From the IMG/VR virus record IMGVR_UViG_3300047095_000752, positions 62,001 through 126,000 of that record: DNA of 64,000 nucleotides; one strand, written 5' to 3'. The position numbers and the translations under genes were made by a program. Of this stretch, positions 31,001 through 42,018 are shown one piece after another. The notes under the pieces were generated by a model that saw only the letters and a program-made list of their open reading frames with translations, did not search any database and was not told where the DNA came from. The stretch's first letter is position 1. Every line of letters begins with the position of its first letter.

Positions 31001-31449
31001 ATTCCTTTTGTTATAGACGATTCTATTTGGTTATTGAGTTCGGTTAATTCTTTTATTTTTTGTGTAGTTTCAAGTTTTTTCTTTCTTAATTCTTCTAGAC
31101 TTACCACCTCGCCGTTGAACATAGCTTGTGACGACATTGCTTCCATTATATAAACTTTAGCTATTTTGCCGCGTTGGTTATGATATCTATCTTTAAATGT
31201 GAAAGGTCGCATATTTTGATCGATCCATACTTGATCGACATCACTGTATTTATACTCATTCGAAGTGGCATCAATCCAATTATATTGAATTCCATTATAA
31301 GCCACCATTATTGTAATGTCTGGTATTTTTTCAAGTATGGCTCTAAGAAATAAATATGTTTGAGTTGGTGATGAGAATCCTATAGACCCTATACACGTAC
31401 CTGACTCCGCATCCACGTGAAACCCATCGAGGTTTAGTTCGGGATTCAT
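30991..31449 (-). CDS. Hypothetical protein
   Basis: 152-aa ORF overlapping the dam start. Confidence 0.6.
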   Translation of the reverse strand: MNPELNLDGFHVDAESGTCIGSIGFSSPTQTYLFLRAILEKIPDITIMVAYNGIQYNWIDATSNEYKYSDVDQVWIDQNMRPFTFKDRYHNQRGKIAKVYIMEAMSSQAMFNGEVVSLEELRKKKLETTQKIKELTELNNQIESSITKGMCP

Positions 31450-31512
31450 GTCAATTGTAACACCTTTTCGGGTTAAGTTAGTAGTTCCAATATTTATACA
31501 TCATATATAAAT

Positions 31513-32337
31513 TTATTTCAATAATTTAATTTCATCTATAATTTTACTTTTAAACCATTTTAAAAATTTCTCTTTGTTGTACTTATCAAATTTCTTCATA
31601 TTTTCCGAATGTAGAAGTAATTGTAGATTGTCTCGTGTATTAGCTATTTTTCGAACTATTTGTTCCGTATGAATTTTTTCCGATAAAATTTTAGAAAATG
31701 CGCAAATCGGAAAAATATGATCTACATTATAATCTCCGGGATTTATTAAAAAATTGTTATAATTCGGATCATCTTTCATATTTTTAATAATCCATCGTAT
31801 TTTCTTTTTTCGTCTTAATTTGGAGTTTGATGTAACTTCGTCTCGAATTGGATTAAAATTATAATGATTTGTACCCGATCTATTTTTTGACATTCTTTCT
31901 TTAAAACATTCTATACAAATTTTATAACGATCCAATCGATTGGAATATGGGTGTCCTTTTTGACACACGAAATCTAATTTTTGCCGGTATCCCTCATATA
32001 TTTCTGATGTGCAAATTATGTTATCTTTTTTACACATCTCTTTAATTTGATTTAATTTTTTGACTTTAAGTATCACTTTATTACTTTTTATTTTTTCTAA
32101 CGTTTTAGATTTTATTATACTTTTATTTTCTAGTTTAATTTCTTTATTACAAACTTTACAACAATTTCTTTTTCTTTTTATAAGATCTTTATACGTTTTT
32201 TGCTGTAAATGCCCATCGGGACACAAACAATCCATATGGTGGGTGGTTCCATTATAGTGTTGATCTAATAAAACCCACCCCAAATCAAAAAATGCTTTAT
32301 CTACAATTGATATATCTATCTTAGATTTATTTTTCAT
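31513..32337 (-). CDS. HNH-family putative homing endonuclease
   Basis: CPDGH...CKVC, GTNHYNFNP, KDDPNYNN, VDHIFP, NLQLL...NMKK; third paralog of 18427 and 23507. Confidence 0.8.
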   Translation of the reverse strand: MKNKSKIDISIVDKAFFDLGWVLLDQHYNGTTHHMDCLCPDGHLQQKTYKDLIKRKRNCCKVCNKEIKLENKSIIKSKTLEKIKSNKVILKVKKLNQIKEMCKKDNIICTSEIYEGYRQKLDFVCQKGHPYSNRLDRYKICIECFKERMSKNRSGTNHYNFNPIRDEVTSNSKLRRKKKIRWIIKNMKDDPNYNNFLINPGDYNVDHIFPICAFSKILSEKIHTEQIVRKIANTRDNLQLLLHSENMKKFDKYNKEKFLKWFKSKIIDEIKLLK

Positions 32338-32765
32338 TTAATATCTTTTCCTAAAATTAAATTTATATTATTCAATGCACGCCGACCAACTTGTTTAAAA
32401 TATTTAGAATTTTTTAATTCGTATGCCGCCATCTTTGAATCCCCTTCCGATAAATATTTAGTAAATTTTGGGAAATTCAAATAAAAATTACCACCCATAT
32501 TAAAACAAAGATCTACTACAACAATCTGCTGTTTTCCTGTCAACTTTTCAAAATTCGGAAATTTCTTAGCCTCATTGAAATGTTTTGTAAAATCTTTTTC
32601 AAACAATTCATCTGCTTGTTTTTGTGTAATTACTGAGTACTTTTCACCGGGCACAATTAGGTGCCCCCAGCCTATCGTCCACTTACCCAGACTATCCTTG
32701 TATTTTTTTAGTCTCAGACCCTCGTGGTTTTTTATATATTCTTTAGCCATATCTAAACTTGACAT
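32334..32765 (-). CDS. Phage lysozyme (GH24, T4 lysozyme-like)
   Basis: HEGLRLKKYKDSLGKWTIGWGH (E-x8-D-x5-T), FNMG. Confidence 0.9.
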   Translation of the reverse strand: MSSLDMAKEYIKNHEGLRLKKYKDSLGKWTIGWGHLIVPGEKYSVITQKQADELFEKDFTKHFNEAKKFPNFEKLTGKQQIVVVDLCFNMGGNFYLNFPKFTKYLSEGDSKMAAYELKNSKYFKQVGRRALNNINLILGKDIK

Positions 32766-32781
32766 ATCATATTCTCCTTTA

Positions 32782-32794
32782 TATAAATTTGTTC
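32782..32794 (-). promoter_or_regulatory. Putative late promoter RACA-N6-TA
   Basis: GAACAAATTTATA directly upstream of the lysozyme RBS. Confidence 0.55.
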
Positions 32795-33255
32795 TATTTA
32801 TCCAAATTTACGGAAGGTACACTCAATTTAATCCAATAATATACAATCGCGCCCGGATGGATACTTCTAACGTCTACCCACTTGGAGTCTTTATTAGAGT
32901 ATATCATCCAAGCATTTGTATCATTGAAGGTCGAATGTTTAAACCCTATTTCAAATCCACGGTTAAATATATTTTTTTCTGTGTAAAATAATATAAAGTA
33001 TAATTGCTTTTTATCTTTACTCGTCTTAACCGGACTCAATTTTGACAGTAATGATATGTCAGCGTTATGGGTAAACCCTATATCAAAAAAAGTTGGATAT
33101 GGATAATGTCTATTATTTGTGTGTAGAAATTTATTTGCGGTGTATCTTGAATTTCCACTACCATCTTTATATTTTAATTTCACATGTTTAAAGTAATCTT
33201 TACTAATATCTTTCTTGCTTTTCATTAAATTTCCTTTCACAAAAAAATCACCCAC
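32794..33255 (-). CDS. Hypothetical protein (DUF551-like C-terminal family)
   Basis: LYFIL...EIGFK...W..Y...W...VYYWIKL, shared with 33975-34670. Confidence 0.55.
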   Translation of the reverse strand: MGDFFVKGNLMKSKKDISKDYFKHVKLKYKDGSGNSRYTANKFLHTNNRHYPYPTFFDIGFTHNADISLLSKLSPVKTSKDKKQLYFILFYTEKNIFNRGFEIGFKHSTFNDTNAWMIYSNKDSKWVDVRSIHPGAIVYYWIKLSVPSVNLDK

Positions 33256-33274
33256 CCGACGTGGTGGGTGATTT
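33241..33274 (-). terminator. Rho-independent terminator
   Basis: AAATCACCCACC/GGTGGGTGATTT stem plus T-run. Confidence 0.75.
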
Positions 33275-33279
33275 CAACA

Positions 33280-33885
33280 TTACTCGATGGGGGACACCTG
33301 ATTTTTATATGTGTAGGTCCCCCAGCCCTTGGTGTTCACGAATACATCCTTGACACTGAAGTTCTCAAGGATGTATTTGTATGGGCGTGAGGGCTTATCC
33401 TTTCGGTCGGTCGGATCAAGGTCGATGCGCTTACCAGCGGACACCCACATCGCATCCGACAGGAGATAACCAGCCGCGTAACGGCGATCCATCTCGAAGT
33501 GCGGGAGACGGTCATACTCCAGCAGAAACGTGACGGCAATGTTAATCGACGTGTCGAAGTCGATTGAACAGTCCGTGAAATTGCAGTTCTTGAAGACTGC
33601 TTTCGAGTCGTCCGTGAACTTGAACACACTCCCTGAGAAATCGGTTCCAATAAAAGAGCCAGAAATCGAAGAGTAAGTCAAATCACATTTGGTCAAATCG
33701 AGGACAGACGTATCCCCCTTCACCCGGATGTCATGGTCCCGAAGATCCACCAATCCGTTGTGAGTTGGATACAATTTTTTATTGTCGTTAAATGTTGTCA
33801 GATGTCCATGCTCAAGACGGCTAAGCATGGTATTCTGAACTTTAACGGCAATTTTCTCATCCTCTGTTAGTGTGTTTGTATCCAT
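33280..33885 (-). CDS. Pentapeptide-repeat-containing protein
   Basis: LDLTKCDLTYSSISGSFIGTDFSGSVFK...AVFKNCNFTDCSI. Confidence 0.65.
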   Translation of the reverse strand: MDTNTLTEDEKIAVKVQNTMLSRLEHGHLTTFNDNKKLYPTHNGLVDLRDHDIRVKGDTSVLDLTKCDLTYSSISGSFIGTDFSGSVFKFTDDSKAVFKNCNFTDCSIDFDTSINIAVTFLLEYDRLPHFEMDRRYAAGYLLSDAMWVSAGKRIDLDPTDRKDKPSRPYKYILENFSVKDVFVNTKGWGTYTYKNQVSPIE

Positions 33886-33918
33886 ACATCTCCTTCAAAG
33901 TTAAAGTAAAATCCATTA

Positions 33919-33968
33919 CAATATTAAATATATATAATAAAAAAATAAAGGGAGGATGATACCTCCCT
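33919..33968 (-). promoter_or_regulatory. Terminator + AT-rich promoter-like motif
   Basis: AGGGAGG/CCTCCCT stem abutting CAATATTAAATATATATAAT. Confidence 0.6.
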
Positions 33969-33974
33969 AAAATT

Positions 33975-34670
33975 TTAATAATCTTCTACTTTAATTTTTG
34001 GTATCTTTAGATAAGTCCATGAATGTACGCTATAATTTTCATATTTAGTATGTGGAGTAACCCAACGACGAAGGTCGGAATCGCAGTAAAAAGTCCAATC
34101 GTTGAACATAGTTGTGCAATTTGTTTTAAATCCAATTTCTACGTTCAATTGTCCGTTTGACTTATCTTCTACTAAAATGCAATATAGAGTTTGTAGATTC
34201 TTTTTATTATCATTTACCATCGGTTTACTTTTATTATTACCGACACGCAAATATTTATTTGAATATAACTGCTTAGTCAGATCTGTAAGTGGTTCTGCAG
34301 TATCAATAATCTTATCATGAAATGTGTAGATTCGTTTACACGATGGAATGTCGTATACTTTACCATTTGGGTGTTTAATTAAAAACTTATATTTAAACTT
34401 ACCATTTTTCTTTTTAGCGTGAATTGAGCGATATGCAATTGGTTCGAAAATAGGGGCTTTGAATATTTTCTTTGGGAATGTATAGCTAATACGCTGGTCA
34501 TTGATCCAGTCCGATGTCTTTTGCGACAATGTTGCCACTTGGTCTATATCTAGAATGATATTATTTCCAGCTACTGTGAACTTTAGTTTATTTTTTCCAA
34601 TATCTTCGTAAATTGTTAGTGTGGATTCATCTTTGACTTGAGACTTTGCTTCAAACAATGTTTTTTGCAT
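33975..34670 (-). CDS. Hypothetical protein (DUF551-like C-terminal family)
   Basis: LYCILV...EIGFK...WTFYC...W...VHSWTYL. Confidence 0.65.
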   Translation of the reverse strand: MQKTLFEAKSQVKDESTLTIYEDIGKNKLKFTVAGNNIILDIDQVATLSQKTSDWINDQRISYTFPKKIFKAPIFEPIAYRSIHAKKKNGKFKYKFLIKHPNGKVYDIPSCKRIYTFHDKIIDTAEPLTDLTKQLYSNKYLRVGNNKSKPMVNDNKKNLQTLYCILVEDKSNGQLNVEIGFKTNCTTMFNDWTFYCDSDLRRWVTPHTKYENYSVHSWTYLKIPKIKVEDY

Positions 34671-34746
34671 TTTGATACCTTTACAATTAATTTTGGACAG
34701 GGTTCACGTTCTTTCGTATAAAGTGTATCACATAACCTTGGATCTG

Positions 34747-36031
34747 TCAATTCAAACGGCGGTTCGGCATCATATAATATCTAACATATGTATGATATAC
34801 CTTCATGAATGCAATTAAAATACTACTCGAATCTAGAACTGCTGATTCGTCCCCCAATCTTGATGAATAAAAGAAATTATAGTTCATATAACCAATCGAA
34901 CATAGGTCTTCGAAATAATAAACAACTACACGTGATATAACACGTCCGCTTCTTGCACTATCTGGTAACCCTTCCCATATTAAATCCAAAAATTTACACA
35001 ATGATTTACTGATCTGACCTATCAACACGTCCAATTCATTGAGTTTAAACATATCACGCAGGACCCCAGTATTTATCTAATGGTAAACATAATGCTTTAT
35101 ACGGTGTAATGAATAACATCATAACATTATCTCTAAGTTCTGAGAGCTGATGGGATACGGAATAATATTTCGCTTTAGGTTTATGTGCATATGTTAATCT
35201 CCGTGTATCTGATAAGTAATCATGTGCGATAATTTCTTTATTAATTTTATATGTAGATCTAATAACTCCAACCAATAGCTTTTGAAGTTTCTGTATTGAG
35301 AGGTAATAATAGTTGTTTATAGGGTGATTATAACTCATTTGGACCTGTCGTATAATAGTTCTTTCGCTTTGTCTAATATTTTTCCGCGAATCCAACTGTT
35401 ATTGGAGGTTCCCGATCCGAATAAATCGACTCCTACTAAGAAATTTGCTAGGTCGGAAGAATTTCGATTCACATAATCATTCACAAATATAACTCTATTT
35501 ACACCATTGATTTGTTTGTTGTATGTTCTTATATACCCATCCTCTATTTTGACTACAATGTCCTGATCTGATACGTTATATCCAAACACTTCGGATTTAT
35601 TTTCGGTTATGTACTTTCTGGTTTCACCATTTAGATATATCGATGTAGTCAAGTCATCTAAGTGTTTTTTATAATCTAATGGTGACATTTCGTTTTCTTG
35701 AATTTTAATAGAATCTAAAGCGACTAACGACTCTATGTATTTGGGGTCTACTGGTATATTGGTCACTGTGTTATCCCCTGTAGTAAGGTTCTTTCGAAAG
35801 TTGAAATATGAATAATTTAGAACATACATAATTTAATACAGATTCCGTCCTATAGTATGAATTTATATGTTTTGGAAATGATTTTTTATAACTTACAAAC
35901 CGGAGTGTCTTCCTATCATATTCGTGTGGTATTTTATCCGGATGTAATCTAACTAATACAGAACTAATCTCATGTATGTATATTCTCAAGTCCAGCATAA
36001 TATCGCAGATTTTATTTAATAAATCACGCAC
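34747..36031 (-). CDS. Cluster of 4 short hypothetical ORFs
   Basis: ORFs at 34747, 35054, 35335, 35771; three resemble the helix-first array proteins. Confidence 0.5.
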
Positions 36032-36704
36032 ATGAAAACTGCTTTTTAGTTAGAGTTTGTTTTAGAGGGCACACTTCAATACAATTCAAGGTCAGATCAT
36101 CTTTATCGGCAAATAGGTATTCCCAGATTTTTGATTTTTTGTTATATGTGTATAATTTAGAATCTCCTAGATCCGCTGCAAGTTCACAATACTGTGTTTT
36201 ATTATATTTGAATAATAGTATGCATAATTTAATTTGATTTGCATTTACTTTTCTTTTACAATATTTTGATGCTGGGGTTGTCTCAAAAAATCGTGATATT
36301 TGTGAGTATAGATTTCTGGTTGGTATTTTAGTCAATTTATGTATATCCATTCCATAATACACACTATTGAATGATTCTGGCTCCATTGGAGATCCGCTAC
36401 CAAGCAAGTAGTATTTTCCGTTTATATGTTTATATACTATATTCTCTACATAACCCGCCCACCCACGAGTCATATCTTTCACACCGTACATAGTGAAGAT
36501 TTGATGTGAGTTGCTTTTCATTACATTTTCTATTTTTCTAAGTTTATTTTGATGTACCCACAAGTTTAAATCAGATCTCAAATTGATGATATCTTGTTCT
36601 GATAGTTCAGAATTATCAGTAAATAAATTGTCATGTCCAGCCATCTTGATCCGAGAGCCATCATCCGGAAACTTGATAGCCGCGTCACCGTATCTTTTAA
36701 ACAT
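36024..36704 (-). CDS. Hypothetical protein (paralog of 33975-34670)
   Basis: Shared W(I/V)xxQ/N, KHxNGKxY and LCILL segments. Confidence 0.65.
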   Translation of the reverse strand: MFKRYGDAAIKFPDDGSRIKMAGHDNLFTDNSELSEQDIINLRSDLNLWVHQNKLRKIENVMKSNSHQIFTMYGVKDMTRGWAGYVENIVYKHINGKYYLLGSGSPMEPESFNSVYYGMDIHKLTKIPTRNLYSQISRFFETTPASKYCKRKVNANQIKLCILLFKYNKTQYCELAADLGDSKLYTYNKKSKIWEYLFADKDDLTLNCIEVCPLKQTLTKKQFSCA

Positions 36705-36708
36705 CTAT

Positions 36709-37194
36709 TTAATAATCCCTGTAGTCGCGTGTGTCGTATATTATATGCCATTCTAATTGCTTTGCTATATAATCATAAAAATTCGATTCCATAAGATATA
36801 TAAAATCCCGAATTGCTTCTGTATTTTCTGAAGTCTTTAAACTTTGGATACTGGTATTATTATCATCGTCAAACAAATGGACTGCAACGCCCTCATCGGA
36901 TGGGTATATGAATCCGACATCTTCCCCGTTTATTTTACAGATTTCCATGGTAAATGGATAGTATACATGTAAATACCTAAATAGCCTTTCATAATTTTCT
37001 TCTTCATATAAATTTACCAATTCTATATTGTCTATATTAAATATTTCCAATTTTGAATTTTTATCGGGTACTCTGTTATGTATCATATATAATGAAAATC
37101 TACGCAACTCGTCTATCGTTTTAAATCTATATGCGTAAAGCATGTATATATTAACGTCTACTGTAGATGTCGTGGTTATTAACACTGTTTTCAA
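36709..37194 (-). CDS. Hypothetical protein
   Basis: Weak similarity to 5325-5828 and 7729-8268. Confidence 0.6.
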   Translation of the reverse strand: MKTVLITTTSTVDVNIYMLYAYRFKTIDELRRFSLYMIHNRVPDKNSKLEIFNIDNIELVNLYEEENYERLFRYLHVYYPFTMEICKINGEDVGFIYPSDEGVAVHLFDDDNNTSIQSLKTSENTEAIRDFIYLMESNFYDYIAKQLEWHIIYDTRDYRDY

Positions 37195-37834
37195 CTCCTT
37201 GTGTGGTAAATGGTTAACCTAATATCCGGGAACCCTAAGCTTATACCAATCTCTCGTTGGTGGAATATAAGTATGCTGGGTGGCACTCGTTTATTAATCA
37301 ATCGAGTATATGATGTCTTGTAGTCCAGTCTGATTATCATACCATACTTTACTATGTGTGAACTTTGTATTTGGTCCGGTGGTACGGTTATAACTGGTTT
37401 TATTATATGTACTTTTTTAGAATTTATTATAGTGCATATAAATACTGTATACATAAAACTTATTATATTTAATATTGTATTGTTAATTTTCATATTAGCG
37501 ACATCTTGAATGTTATCTCATAGCTTCCGGATTTCTTTTTTATTGTTAAGTATTTAGTTAATATTCGATTCTGTTGCTGAGATCTATGTACATACCCAAG
37601 TCCTATCCCACTAACCCATCCTATTTTATAAGGGACTTCAAATTGAGCTATACCCCAAGTTGCTTTCTGGATGGTGGAATGATCTACTTTAAACATATGT
37701 ATATCGAATTTTTTATTAATCTTTAACAGCAATAACTTTAAATGCATTATTTGAAACAAGATTACATGTTTTGCACCAAGGCTCGGTGATAGACATCCTC
37801 CTCTCCCAACGAGTCGGATTGAAAACATCTTCAT
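37191..37834 (-). CDS. Two short hypothetical ORFs (37191-37493, 37490-37834)
   Basis: ATGA-coupled; composition like the array proteins. Confidence 0.5.
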
Positions 37835-37859
37835 AAAGTTCCTTTCGATTTAGACGAAT

Positions 37860-37891
37860 AAAAAAATCGGGGGTTTGTACGACCCCCGATT
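37860..37891 (-). terminator. Rho-independent terminator
   Basis: AATCGGGGGT/ACCCCCGATT stem plus T-run. Confidence 0.75.
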
Positions 37892-37901
37892 AATTCTCAG
37901 T

Positions 37902-38627
37902 TTACTTTTTGCGTAGGACCACACCGTACAGTGAGGCGTCGTCCTGAGTTGCTCGGTCTACCTTTATGTAGTGGCTGGCGAACAGAATCCAGACTCTACC
38001 GAGAACAAACCGAACCACTCGTGGTAGTTTCCAATACAGGCGGGTGAACTTAGACGTATTCGAGTCCTTAAAGAAGAACTCTTTCTCAACCGTGAAGTGC
38101 TTGTGGAACCTTTCCACTATAGCCTCGTGGTTGTAAGTCTTCTCATCCCACTTATAGTGGATTTGAAATTTGTATTCGGGTCCGTACGGTACCGTTATAT
38201 AGACGGCTCCACCGGGTACCAGAATTCTATTGATTTCATTCATTATATCAAGATCGCCATCACCGGGGAAGTGCTCGATGGTGGAGATGATTGTCACTAT
38301 GTCCGCACTTTGACTTGGAAATCCGAGTTTTATAGGCTCTCCTAACTCGAAGTATTTCATTCGGAACGTCCGCATTTCCGAGCAATACTTTCTCTGGACC
38401 ATGAGTCCTTCCTCCACGTCGAGGACTGACTGTATTGTCCCATGACGGCGGCTTAAATATGACGCCAGTGGACTTTTCCAAGGTCCAATGTCGAGCACCA
38501 CCTTATCGTACAACTTCCCTTTGAAGTGCTGCAGGAACCAGTGATTCTCTACGCACCTGTAAAACTCCACGCCTTTTATGAACTGGATAAACCCCAGTCT
38601 AAATGTAAAAAGCCATATTTCCCACAT
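37902..38627 (-). CDS. Class I SAM-dependent methyltransferase
   Basis: VLDIGP, SADIVTIISTIEHF, EINRILVPGG, ITVPY; start MWEIWL with GGGAG RBS; AT-rich motif at 38672-38691. Confidence 0.85.
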   Translation of the reverse strand: MWEIWLFTFRLGFIQFIKGVEFYRCVENHWFLQHFKGKLYDKVVLDIGPWKSPLASYLSRRHGTIQSVLDVEEGLMVQRKYCSEMRTFRMKYFELGEPIKLGFPSQSADIVTIISTIEHFPGDGDLDIMNEINRILVPGGAVYITVPYGPEYKFQIHYKWDEKTYNHEAIVERFHKHFTVEKEFFFKDSNTSKFTRLYWKLPRVVRFVLGRVWILFASHYIKVDRATQDDASLYGVVLRKK

Positions 38628-38702
38628 CGTGGGTGTACTCCCAGTATTTTTGTTAAAGTTGATGGTTAATTCAATAATTGATATATATAATGTTACCCTC
38701 AC

Positions 38703-39251
38703 TCATTGTAAATGTGATTTCCTATAAAACCCTTCGATCTTATACCAAGCCACTATAGTTTCGATGCGAGTTGATATCCACATATCCAAATCCGGGCAGT
38801 AGAAGTTCCAGTATTCTCTTGGACTCATTATATGTGCTATGTGGTATGCGTATGTGAATTTATGATTTTTATATTGCCTTTGAGCAATCAAATATAATTG
38901 TCTAGCTTTTGTGTATTTTGGGAGTTTATTAAAGTCGAATTCATATTCACTATCATTCATTATTATTGTATCTATTGCTAATTTATTTGGATGAAATATT
39001 CCTACTCTTCTTTTTATATAATCAATCGAGTCGTTATCGTAATTTATATCCAATTGCTTATCACCAAATATTTTATGTAATTCACCATCTTCCGTTTTGA
39101 ACGACAACTGATCGAATAGCTCATCTACGCAGTCGTGCGTCGGAGTTAACACAGTATACGGTGGGAGTTTATCGTATTTGCTCATATGACCTTCTTTCTC
39201 TTTAACTGCTTTAGTCGCCATCCCAAATTCCTTTCGGGTGTAGTTTCGCAA
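38703..39251 (-). CDS. Hypothetical protein (DUF551-like C-terminal family)
   Basis: WNFYCPDLDMW...IVAWYKI. Confidence 0.6.
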   Translation of the reverse strand: MRNYTRKEFGMATKAVKEKEGHMSKYDKLPPYTVLTPTHDCVDELFDQLSFKTEDGELHKIFGDKQLDINYDNDSIDYIKRRVGIFHPNKLAIDTIIMNDSEYEFDFNKLPKYTKARQLYLIAQRQYKNHKFTYAYHIAHIMSPREYWNFYCPDLDMWISTRIETIVAWYKIEGFYRKSHLQ

Positions 39252-39525
39252 TTTCCAATAATTTCTTTATTGGTTCTTTAGCGTTGCCACCAGTCGGTGT
39301 CCAATAGTTTGGATCTTTATTATTAGGTAATTTTGATATAGCGAACTCAAGTATAGGAATCGTCTCTTCCGCTGTCATCCCATATAGTCTGCGTATACCC
39401 CTTTCACTATTAAACACTCGGCGATAATACCACACATAATTGAATGTAATGCTTACAGGACATTCGATACCATCGTTTATAACTCGGTGTGTATCCGGAT
39501 CTAGAAGTGTGATGTCATACCCCAT
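39211..39525 (-). CDS. Phage hypothetical protein
   Basis: MGYDI...SITFNY...LYGMT...YWTPTGGNA...HPKGIW. Confidence 0.7.
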   Translation of the reverse strand: MGYDITLLDPDTHRVINDGIECPVSITFNYVWYYRRVFNSERGIRRLYGMTAEETIPILEFAISKLPNNKDPNYWTPTGGNAKEPIKKLLEIAKLHPKGIWDGD

Positions 39526-39528
39526 GGT

Positions 39529-40101
39529 TTATACAAAAAATATAATTTCGGATAGAATTGGCTTAGATACTCTTAGATTTGGATAGGTATCATTTTCTAT
39601 GTCATACATATTTTCAAATCCGGTTTTTTTAAATAGTAGGCTACAATTCAGTTGGTTGTTATCTTTATAATATCTATATTCGTCTGTATATGAGGTATGA
39701 CTTAAAGTAGGCATAGATAAAAATGTTGTGGTGGCTGGTTCGTTCGTATCATGAGTAAAATGATGAAATTTCAATTTACATAACAATTGTTTATAACCAT
39801 CCATCTTAATATAATATAATGGTAAATAAGTTCTTTCTGAAATTTTATTATATATTTCTCCTATTAAGTTTTTCTGAAAATACATACCGATTAGATCATA
39901 TAATATTTGGTCTGGAGATTGTGGATTTCTATTTAGAACGCAGTTATTAATTAAGTTGTATTCGGATTTATAATGGGCTGAGGCGGCGGACCGTATTGAG
40001 TTGTTTAGTGGTTTCGTAACGTGACTCCAAAACTCATTGTTACCTAGTACAAACGGAAACCCATATACTTCTCCGTCTTTTGGGGCGAATATCCTGCTCA
40101 T
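39529..40101 (-). CDS. Hypothetical protein
   Basis: 190-aa in-operon ORF. Confidence 0.6.
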   Translation of the reverse strand: MSRIFAPKDGEVYGFPFVLGNNEFWSHVTKPLNNSIRSAASAHYKSEYNLINNCVLNRNPQSPDQILYDLIGMYFQKNLIGEIYNKISERTYLPLYYIKMDGYKQLLCKLKFHHFTHDTNEPATTTFLSMPTLSHTSYTDEYRYYKDNNQLNCSLLFKKTGFENMYDIENDTYPNLRVSKPILSEIIFFV

Positions 40102-40103
40102 AG

Positions 40104-40472
40104 TTAAACTCCTATTCCAGTTTTAAGACAACCCATACTACAAAAATACGAGACTTTATTACCTTTAGAAATACAAAATCCTTTATTCTGTTTAAATCCC
40201 GCAATACAATCGGGGTTACCACAGAATTCTATATGAATTCCCTTATCTAATAATACTTTATTCATATAGTTATTTTTAATAACCAACCGTCTTATCTTTC
40301 GGATTATTGGGAGTTCTTCCTTTGGCTTAATCTTTGCATCGGTCTCACCCAATATATTTAAAATCTCAAGATCTTGTTTATGATAATTATCGATTATTTC
40401 TAATTGCTCTTTACATTGTTCTTTCAGTTGAGCAATATCGTGATCCGATAGTTTTGATTTATTTCCCATCAA
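40104..40472 (-). CDS. Hypothetical protein with treble-clef/TRASH-like Cys motif
   Basis: CGNPDC...YFCSMGC. Confidence 0.6.
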   Translation of the reverse strand: MMGNKSKLSDHDIAQLKEQCKEQLEIIDNYHKQDLEILNILGETDAKIKPKEELPIIRKIRRLVIKNNYMNKVLLDKGIHIEFCGNPDCIAGFKQNKGFCISKGNKVSYFCSMGCLKTGIGV

Positions 40473-40560
40473 GATTTATTCCGATTTGCGTACCAATAAC
40501 CTGCAGCGAAACAAACTATAAGCAGTATTAACGTTGTCATTTGAACTTTCCTTTTGGTTG

Positions 40561-41827
40561 TTAGTTATAATATGAATACACTATGCTAAAATTGTACAAC
40601 TTGTAGAAGTATATACGAACTTCATATGAGGTGTGGCAATCCATTTTATTTTTTGAAAACATCATTAATTCGGCGCTGTGCATCCATACATTATCTCCAA
40701 AATGTGTGAAGATATATTTATCATGCAAAATCATATCTATTAAACAGTTTACTTTATAAAACATTCTTGATGTTAGGCTTAAGGTCGGCGTTGTAAATAC
40801 CATTTACATCGACCTTTTAACTAGATAATAATCTATAGGAAATGGACTCCCCATAGAATCGAAAGTCTCATTCGCATCAAAAGCGACAAGTATATATCGT
40901 TTGATTTCAATATCAGTAATATCTACTAAAATTTTGGGGTGATAATTTTTAAATACAAATCTATATGTAACTTTAGGTTCTCCGTATTCGATATTATATC
41001 CATACAAATAATGTGAAGGTAGCATCAATATTTTATTTATATTTATTTTACTCAATAGATTAATACAAGAACCAATCAAACTTCTTAACTCATGATTGTC
41101 GTAGTCGTCAGGTAGTAGTGTAATCATCAAAAAGATCCTATCACATTATACACCACGGCTTCATTAATATCATTTTTCCTCCAAAGTAATGTGATTAAAT
41201 AATCGTTCACCGAGAATTGACCAATCTTCTTTATGTATACAGCTTTACTTTCATCAAATGCAAATTTCACTGTATAATACGTGTATTTATTATTAGTTTT
41301 ATAATTTTTGAACATGTACACAGGAAGTATAAGAATTGGTTTATTGTTGTGTGTGAACCCAGCCGCTGTAGTTAAACATAAATTTATAATACGATATAGC
41401 CTCCCAACAACTCCATTTAAATGAAATCCTGTAATAGAGTAAGTCTCCGACATTAGAAACTACTGTTTACCGAGTAGACTATATTAGGCGAAGTATAGTA
41501 TGTACCAATACAATACATAAAAATATAGTTTTTAAGGTTTAGATCGGATTTACGTAGAGTTATATCTTTTCTTTTTTTATCACCATTCTTATGTCGGATT
41601 GAAATTGACTTAAACCAGTATATCTTAAATTCTTCCGTAAATAGATAAGTTGGGAATATTATGTTGACCTTGCGTCCCGTCGAGTTATACATATAACATC
41701 TATGTAACAGATAAAATACTTCTCCTATTACAAAATTTATATCATTCGTAAAATTGTTAATGTACTTCAATGGTCCACTCCTTTTTGTGTGTCTTCTATT
41801 ACTCCACATTATCCAGCGAGCCTTCAA
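40561..41827 (-). CDS. Tandem array of 4 short paralogous hypothetical ORFs
   Basis: ORFs at 40561, 40804, 41127, 41453; shared helix then I(L/I)xPxY(L/M)(F/Y). Confidence 0.6.
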
Positions 41828-41943
41828 TTACATCTTCTATCGTCAAGTCGTTAGAAAATGCAATAAAAATAAATAGAATAGCAGCTTGCACTTTAGTCAT
41901 TTTCTAACTCTTTTGATGCAAAAAAGAAAACTTGTATTATATA

Positions 41944-41997
41944 CAATATTAAATATATATAATAAAAACTAGCACAACTCCGATGGTTGTGCTAGTT
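41944..41997 (-). promoter_or_regulatory. Terminator + AT-rich promoter-like motif
   Basis: AACTAGCACAAC/GTTGTGCTAGTT stem abutting CAATATTAAATATATATAAT. Confidence 0.65.
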
Positions 41998-42018
41998 CTT
42001 AAAATGATTTTGGTTGTA

